Assembly: GCA_018830045.1 (NCBI GenBank)
Contig: JAHJTF010000020.1
Span: 4,667-68,666, forward strand
From: Patescibacteria group bacterium
GTDB lineage: Bacteria; Patescibacteriota; Microgenomatia; UBA1400; PJMF01
Reading direction: 5' to 3'
Length of the DNA stretch: 64,000 nt
A program made the translations under genes and the position numbers. The notes beneath the pieces were generated by a model. The model did no database searches. It saw only the letters and a list, made by a program, of their open reading frames with translations, and was not told the DNA's origin. Every line of letters starts with the position of its first letter. Position 1 is the stretch's first letter. Of this stretch, positions 58,603-64,000 are shown piece after piece.

Positions 58603-60049
58603 AAGCTATTCCTAAGAGCAACCACACAATACCACTAATTGGAATTGTTAACCACCAAGGATAAAACTGACTAACTAATAAATAACCCAAACACCCTAAA
58701 ATCAGTCCTTTTATAAGAATATTTTTTCCACTCACCAGCCAGCTGTATCCTTGGACTATTATTCTATATATAAATCTAATAAACAATAACAAACCCCCAA
58801 TTCCCAAAGCCGCTCCTACTTGAGCAAACAAATTATGAGCAGGAGTTGAATCATATAAATAAAATTCTGGTTTCCATTGATCTAAAATCTTATATTGATA
58901 CACATTAAGACCTAGACCCAAAGGCCTGGTAGCCATAAAGTGAGCAGCCATTTGTAAATGTCGCAAGCGATAAATTGCCCCGCCATCCTCTCTAAAAACT
59001 TGAGTCAGACTCATCAATCTATCTAGAATCATGGGTGCCAAGAAAATAATTAATAAACCTAAAATTATCCAGCCATATTTTTTTAACCAAACTGGCAACT
59101 GTACTTTGTTTTTCTTAATAATCAGTTGGTAGCTCACCAGAATCAACATCGCCCCGATCACCCAAGCTGCTCTACTGGCCGTTAAAATTAAGGCTAAACT
59201 ACCCACAACAAAACAGCTCATCATAAAACCCCGATGAAACCAAACTTTTTTGAAACTAAAAATAAACCACGATGGTAAGAACATGATCAAAATTGAAGAA
59301 GTCAAATTTGCATCCCAAAATATTCCTCCTGGTCTATATAAACTAGGAGATTCGTCGGCAAAACGACCAGCATATCCAGTATATTTTTCTTCAATTGCCA
59401 AACCAATGGGGCCACCATTGATTTTCTGTGCTACCACTAAACTAGCTAAAAACAAACCATAAATAAAAATTATTTCTAGTGTTTTTTTAGCCAAAGATTT
59501 GTCTTTAACTAAAGCCATAGCCAGAAATCCCATGGCAAACAACTTGGTTAATTGTAGTAACCAAAACCAAGATACTTCTGGTAATGGTGAGAGCAAAGAT
59601 GAAACTACCCCTAATGTTATAATTAGTAGCAGTGGCAAATAGGGAAAGGCATGAGGAATCTTAAAAGGCTTGCTGCCAGTCTTGAATCTACTTCTTACTA
59701 ATAAATAAAGTAATAAGATTAGTAACGCATCAGCAAAGGCTACAAAAAAAATAAGCTCGGGTTGCTTTAAGCCAAGTGCCGAATAATTGTCTGGAGCGAT
59801 GTAGGGTTTAATAAAGTATTTAGACTGTCTTAACAGATAAATACCAATAAAACCTAGCCACACTGAGTTTATTAATTCTTTATTTAAAAAATATATCACA
59901 ACAACTAATAACACCATCGCCAACAAGTAGGGTCGCAAAGTACCGATGTTCATTGATAATAAAATAAAAACAACATATACCCAAGACTCAGGTTCTAAAA
60001 TTCTTAAAAAAGATAAAAAAGAATTAGTAATTTTATGAAACATATGCAA
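58589..60049 (-). CDS. O-antigen ligase/polymerase-family membrane protein
   Basis: Polytopic membrane protein with a Wzy_C-like LTASRAAWVIGAMLIL loop. Confidence 0.5.
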   Translation of the reverse strand: MHMFHKITNSFLSFLRILEPESWVYVVFILLSMNIGTLRPYLLAMVLLVVVIYFLNKELINSVWLGFIGIYLLRQSKYFIKPYIAPDNYSALGLKQPELIFFVAFADALLILLLYLLVRSRFKTGSKPFKIPHAFPYLPLLLIITLGVVSSLLSPLPEVSWFWLLQLTKLFAMGFLAMALVKDKSLAKKTLEIIFIYGLFLASLVVAQKINGGPIGLAIEEKYTGYAGRFADESPSLYRPGGIFWDANLTSSILIMFLPSWFIFSFKKVWFHRGFMMSCFVVGSLALILTASRAAWVIGAMLILVSYQLIIKKNKVQLPVWLKKYGWIILGLLIIFLAPMILDRLMSLTQVFREDGGAIYRLRHLQMAAHFMATRPLGLGLNVYQYKILDQWKPEFYLYDSTPAHNLFAQVGAALGIGGLLLFIRFIYRIIVQGYSWLVSGKNILIKGLILGCLGYLLVSQFYPWWLTIPISGIVWLLLGIAYAQS

Positions 60050-60787
60050 AAGAAAAGCTTTTATTTTTATGAAAGATGGCTCAACTCCTTAGGTTTATTC
60101 GATATTCTTAAAAAAATAATTGATGCAAAATGGATCAAACATTCACATTATAAATCTGATTTGTATAAATACTCAACTAGTCAATTTTTGATCCGACATT
60201 TCTTTGGCTACAATGGACACCAAGTTAATCACAATACAGGTAACTTGGGTTTCGGTTTCCTTCATTATGCTTTTATTATTGCCTCAAGGCCAGAGAGAAT
60301 TTTGTGTATTGGTTCTGAGCAAGGATTTATTCCTGCTATTTGCGCCCTAGCTTGCAAAGACAACAATAAGGGACATGTTGATTTTGTTGATGCGGGCAAA
60401 ACTAGCAAAAATAAAAATCATTGGGGTGGAACTGGATTCTGGAAAAAAAATAATCCCCAACTACACTTTTCAGTTCTAGAACTAGAAAATTGGATTACTC
60501 CTTATATCATGACTTCAAAGCAATTTGCAAAAAAATATCAATATAAATATGAGTATATTTTTATTGATGGAGACCATAGTTACCCCGGAGTAAAATTCGA
60601 TTATGAAACTTTCTGGCCCCGGTTGGCAACTGACGGAATGATGGGATTTCATGATATTAGTCTTAAGGGTCTTAATGGTCAAGATGAGTATGGCGTCTGG
60701 AAAATGTGGAAAGAATTAAATAAAAAACACAAACTATCCTTTGAGTATCTGGATAACAGTGTTGGATTCATCCAAAAAAACGAGTAA
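60035..60787 (+). CDS. Class I SAM-dependent methyltransferase (Methyltransf_24/CmcI-like)
   Basis: IFIDGDHSYPGVKFDYETFW. Confidence 0.45.
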   Translation: MKHMQKKSFYFYERWLNSLGLFDILKKIIDAKWIKHSHYKSDLYKYSTSQFLIRHFFGYNGHQVNHNTGNLGFGFLHYAFIIASRPERILCIGSEQGFIPAICALACKDNNKGHVDFVDAGKTSKNKNHWGGTGFWKKNNPQLHFSVLELENWITPYIMTSKQFAKKYQYKYEYIFIDGDHSYPGVKFDYETFWPRLATDGMMGFHDISLKGLNGQDEYGVWKMWKELNKKHKLSFEYLDNSVGFIQKNE

Positions 60788-60791
60788 GTAA

Positions 60792-62174
60792 CTAAACCCG
60801 TCGATAGTATCGATCTAAAACAAAGCGCAATAACCCACTTCTAACACCAAGCTTACCGGGAAACACTCCTCTTAATTTAAGTAAAAAAAATAACCAGTTT
60901 TTTTCTACTTTAATGATAAACTGTTTTTTAATCTTTTTTCTCAGTTTTTCAATATCTTTCCAGGTTTTACTTTGCAATTGGTAATAAAAGTACATTGGAG
61001 GGATACCCATAACTGGAGCAGTAAACTTTTCTAAATCTACATACGAAAGTAATGTAAAACCAGGAATTTTAACCCTGCTAGTATCTTGAGCTTGAGTAAT
61101 TAACCCAACTTGATCGGTATAAACAGCCTCAATTAACATACAGCCCGAAGGATGAATCTGTTTTTTTATAAGTTTTTTCCCTAGCAATAAATCAATAAAT
61201 AAGCTAGCTAAGTCTACATGATAAATTTCTTGATAGGTATCCAAAATCTTACCACCCGGAAGTCGGGCCGCTGCCTCCAATAAGATTGGGCCATTGGTGG
61301 TAAGTTTCATCTCGATGTGAAAACCGCAGTTGTCAAAACCCAAGGCTTTCATCACTTCAAAAGCTGCTTGCTTACACTTTTTTTTAACTATGGGGGAAAA
61401 TCTGGCTGGAATAAAAGTGGCGTTTTGTAATAAGTAAGGTCCCGAAGTAGCTTCGTACTCCGCAATGGTAGAAAAAATTATTTTTCCATTCTGAATCAAT
61501 CCATCACAACTAAAAACAGTTCCCTCAATATACTCCTCAAGTAAAAAATGTGATTTGGACGATTGATAGTACTTCATCCACTCATCAAAATTAGCATTTA
61601 GTTGTTTTCTGGCTAGAGTGTATTTTTCAATAAAATCATCTTTTAGTTGTTGTCTCGTCTTCCCTTCCACTTTCATCACTCCATAACTATGACCAGAGCG
61701 AACGGCTTTAATCACTACCGGTGATTTAAATTTTTTTAATGTCCACAGACCTTCACTGAGATTGTCAAAAAGAGCAAACTGAGGAGTTGGGATTCCATGC
61801 TGTTTGCAACAAAGCCTCATCAAAAACTTATTAGCAGAACTTCTCCTGGCTGCATCTGCACTTAAAAATATTTTACCAAGCGCCTCTGCCAAATCTGCGG
61901 TTTGAACGATATTCATTTCAAAAAAAGTTAAAACTGCATCAAACTCAATCTGGTGATTTTTCATATACTTAGCAACGTCACTAATCAGAACATCAGAATC
62001 ATAAGTATTAGTCATAATTACATTTGATGCCGGCACATAAGACTTTATCCACTCTGGATAATTAGCAAAAGTCGCCAAATAAATTGATAAACCTTTCTTA
62101 GCAGCCGCCTTGAAGGTATACTCCTTGTCAGGAGTGCCCCAGTTCACATAAAGAATATTGTGTGTTTTTGACAT
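60792..62174 (-). CDS. ATP-grasp domain protein (carboxylate-amine ligase type)
   Basis: VVIKAVRSGHSYGV…LLEEYIEGTVFSCDG…, ATP-grasp fold motifs. Confidence 0.5.
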   Translation of the reverse strand: MSKTHNILYVNWGTPDKEYTFKAAAKKGLSIYLATFANYPEWIKSYVPASNVIMTNTYDSDVLISDVAKYMKNHQIEFDAVLTFFEMNIVQTADLAEALGKIFLSADAARRSSANKFLMRLCCKQHGIPTPQFALFDNLSEGLWTLKKFKSPVVIKAVRSGHSYGVMKVEGKTRQQLKDDFIEKYTLARKQLNANFDEWMKYYQSSKSHFLLEEYIEGTVFSCDGLIQNGKIIFSTIAEYEATSGPYLLQNATFIPARFSPIVKKKCKQAAFEVMKALGFDNCGFHIEMKLTTNGPILLEAAARLPGGKILDTYQEIYHVDLASLFIDLLLGKKLIKKQIHPSGCMLIEAVYTDQVGLITQAQDTSRVKIPGFTLLSYVDLEKFTAPVMGIPPMYFYYQLQSKTWKDIEKLRKKIKKQFIIKVEKNWLFFLLKLRGVFPGKLGVRSGLLRFVLDRYYRRV

Positions 62175-62180
62175 TTTATA

Positions 62181-63353
62181 ATGCTAAATAAACTCATTAC
62201 CACTTTAAAAATCGGATGTCGCTTGTGGCAAATAAAAAGCAAGTATCTTCCCAATGGTCATAAAAGTCTTCATGGTTCTTTTTATGTTAACAATAATCTT
62301 ACTGCCTATCTGAGTTATGTTTTATTTGTATATTTTAACCCATTACATTATGGGAAGTGGATAGAAAAGTTTCCACTAAAAACAAGCTCGCTAGCTGATT
62401 TAGAAATCGAAGTCTTCAAATCATTAATAACAACCTTCGGAGGCAACCTAGCTCATTGGACTGGTTTTATCAATAGTGGCGCTTCAGCGGGTAATTTTTA
62501 TGCTTTATTATTATGTCGAAATTGGTTTTTATCTCATGGATACAAAAAAATCACTCTTTATCACACACAATTAACTCATCACTCAATTACCAGCTCAGCC
62601 AAAATTTTAGGTTTCAAGATTGAGCAAATTGGACTTTCTGATCAATGGATAATGGAAGTAAGCGAGCTGAAAAAAAAGCTCTCAACTTTAAACAAAAATG
62701 AAGCTATTTGTATATTTTTAACCTGGGGATACAAACAAACTGGCACTACTGACAACCTAATTGCTGTTCAAAAAACCCTTAATGAGCTAAGGATTAATAA
62801 TCAGGTTAGTATTTGCCTAGATGCAGCCTTTGATGGCTTGGTTGCTCCTTTTTCACCAAAGTCAACAAAACCCCTAACCCTACCCTCATTATTCGCAATG
62901 ACTCTAGATTTTCATAAATATCTAGGGGTTCCGGCTCCAGCGGGCGGTATTTTACTACAGAAAAAATTTCTTCCTAAAGATAAGTTTATTGCCCAAGGTT
63001 TAACTGAAACCAAATCACTTTTGCCAGCTATTGCAGTTTGGTCGTCTTTGGTAGGAGATAGCCAAGTAGCTAGACTAAAAAAACAAGTAATAAAAGCACA
63101 GTCTCTGAGAAAATATTTTATTGATCAACTCAAAACTTCTTCTAATACTAAATTTATTTATCATCAAAACAATATTAATTTATTATTTTCTTGTAATCAA
63201 AAACAGTTTAATGAACTTCAAGCTGTTTCTAATCACTATCCCCTGCGTTGTTTTAAACAAAAAAATTCTTATTGGGTAAAAATTATCTTTTTACCGCAAC
63301 TAGATCAAACTAAAATAAATAACTTAATTAAGTTATTTAATGAGGCATCATGA
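62181..63353 (+). CDS. Group II PLP-dependent decarboxylase-like protein (MfnA/tyrosine decarboxylase-like)
   Basis: LDFHKYLGVPAPAGGILLQKKF matches the S/D-x-HK-x-G-x-P-x-x-x-G PLP-lysine region of group II decarboxylases. Confidence 0.5.
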   Translation: MLNKLITTLKIGCRLWQIKSKYLPNGHKSLHGSFYVNNNLTAYLSYVLFVYFNPLHYGKWIEKFPLKTSSLADLEIEVFKSLITTFGGNLAHWTGFINSGASAGNFYALLLCRNWFLSHGYKKITLYHTQLTHHSITSSAKILGFKIEQIGLSDQWIMEVSELKKKLSTLNKNEAICIFLTWGYKQTGTTDNLIAVQKTLNELRINNQVSICLDAAFDGLVAPFSPKSTKPLTLPSLFAMTLDFHKYLGVPAPAGGILLQKKFLPKDKFIAQGLTETKSLLPAIAVWSSLVGDSQVARLKKQVIKAQSLRKYFIDQLKTSSNTKFIYHQNNINLLFSCNQKQFNELQAVSNHYPLRCFKQKNSYWVKIIFLPQLDQTKINNLIKLFNEAS

Positions 63354-64000
63354 ACTGGCGGCTAAAAATTTGTGATTATCATCAGCTGTTATTTCCTCAA
63401 CATCACAGCTATATACTATTTGAGGGAGATTCAATTTACCAACACTTAAGTGTAAAATACCAACCTCAAATTAATTTTTTAGGCATGTTTTCCAACGATA
63501 AGTTTATGGCTGGCTGTAACACTAAAACCAAACTTCCTTGGAACTCACCGTTTTTTTTAGTGGACTTTTATCTTAAGCAACCCAAAAAGTTTTTATTTTT
63601 AGGAGGGGGACCTTGTTGTGCTCCAACAGCTCTGTGGAAAAGAGACAACGACCGCTCCATATCAATTGATATTGTGGAGCAAGATCCATTAGTTCTAGAA
63701 CTTGCTGCTAAATTTTTTAATCTTCCTAAAGATCGCCGGATTAACATTCATCATACTCAAGCTCAGCAATTTCTTATTCAAAATAAAAAAAAGTATGATG
63801 CTATTTTTTTCGATTTGGGCTTTACTTATGAGCGCAGAAATGACAAAAAATATAGTTTTTGTGCTCAAAAATTCACTCTCAAGCAACTCAAGAAAGCCCT
63901 TACTCCTCAAGGAATAATCATCTACGTAGTAATTGCTCGTCGGCAATGTCATCAAAAACAATTTTTATGTGAGTTGTATCAACAGTTTAAAAAATTTTTT
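63350..64000 (+). CDS. Partial CDS (runs off window end): spermidine-synthase-like / class I methyltransferase-fold protein
   Basis: ATG at 63350 overlaps the upstream stop (ATGA). YDAIFFDLG is an aminopropyltransferase-like motif. No stop occurs before 64000. Confidence 0.3.
   Translation, partial: MNWRLKICDYHQLLFPQHHSYILFEGDSIYQHLSVKYQPQINFLGMFSNDKFMAGCNTKTKLPWNSPFFLVDFYLKQPKKFLFLGGGPCCAPTALWKRDNDRSISIDIVEQDPLVLELAAKFFNLPKDRRINIHHTQAQQFLIQNKKKYDAIFFDLGFTYERRNDKKYSFCAQKFTLKQLKKALTPQGIIIYVVIARRQCHQKQFLCELYQQFKKFF

Overview
The window is AT-rich, roughly 35-40% GC by eye, with small gaps and overlapping start/stop codons, typical of a reduced genome. The gene set (duplicated PBP1A, duplicated cmk, PilN/PilO, class II RNR with NrdR, fused TsaC-TsaE, many glycan genes) suggests a CPR/Patescibacteria-like bacterium; this is an inference. 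Housekeeping genes: groES-groEL, one tRNA (anticodon CAT), a fused tsaC-tsaE, tsaD, nrdR with a class II ribonucleotide reductase, two PBP1A paralogs flanking a GH18 hydrolase, two tandem cmk genes, smpB, lepA, rpsT, murJ and pilN/pilO-like genes. Two accessory regions stand out. First, an island at about 7.8-16.2 kb, richer in mobile elements and partly higher in GC, carries an intact and a decayed IS3-family element, a GNAT acetyltransferase, orphan ORFs, a CopB-type (CPH-motif) Cu ATPase and a Xer-like tyrosine recombinase. It also holds three copies of a roughly 100-nt structured inverted-repeat element whose termini resemble integron attC core sites. Second, a GC-elevated two-gene cassette at 30.6-33.7 kb encodes an 885-aa highly charged helical protein with a C-terminal glycine-zipper hydrophobic tail, followed immediately by a small very acidic protein. 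This is my best candidate for an undescribed toxin/immunity or effector/chaperone-like system. The last 20 kb is a surface-glycan biosynthesis locus with unusual tailoring genes. These include three tandem membrane-anchored SGNH hydrolase paralogs, a radical SAM/SPASM enzyme, a carbamoyltransferase, and a block of ATP-grasp, PLP decarboxylase, methyltransferase and spermidine-synthase-like genes. Several in-frame tandem nucleotide repeats are present in tsaD, pilO, a Pro-rich protein, a surface protein and at the murJ stop. No CRISPR array and no rRNA were seen. All functional calls rest on motif recognition by eye and carry that uncertainty.
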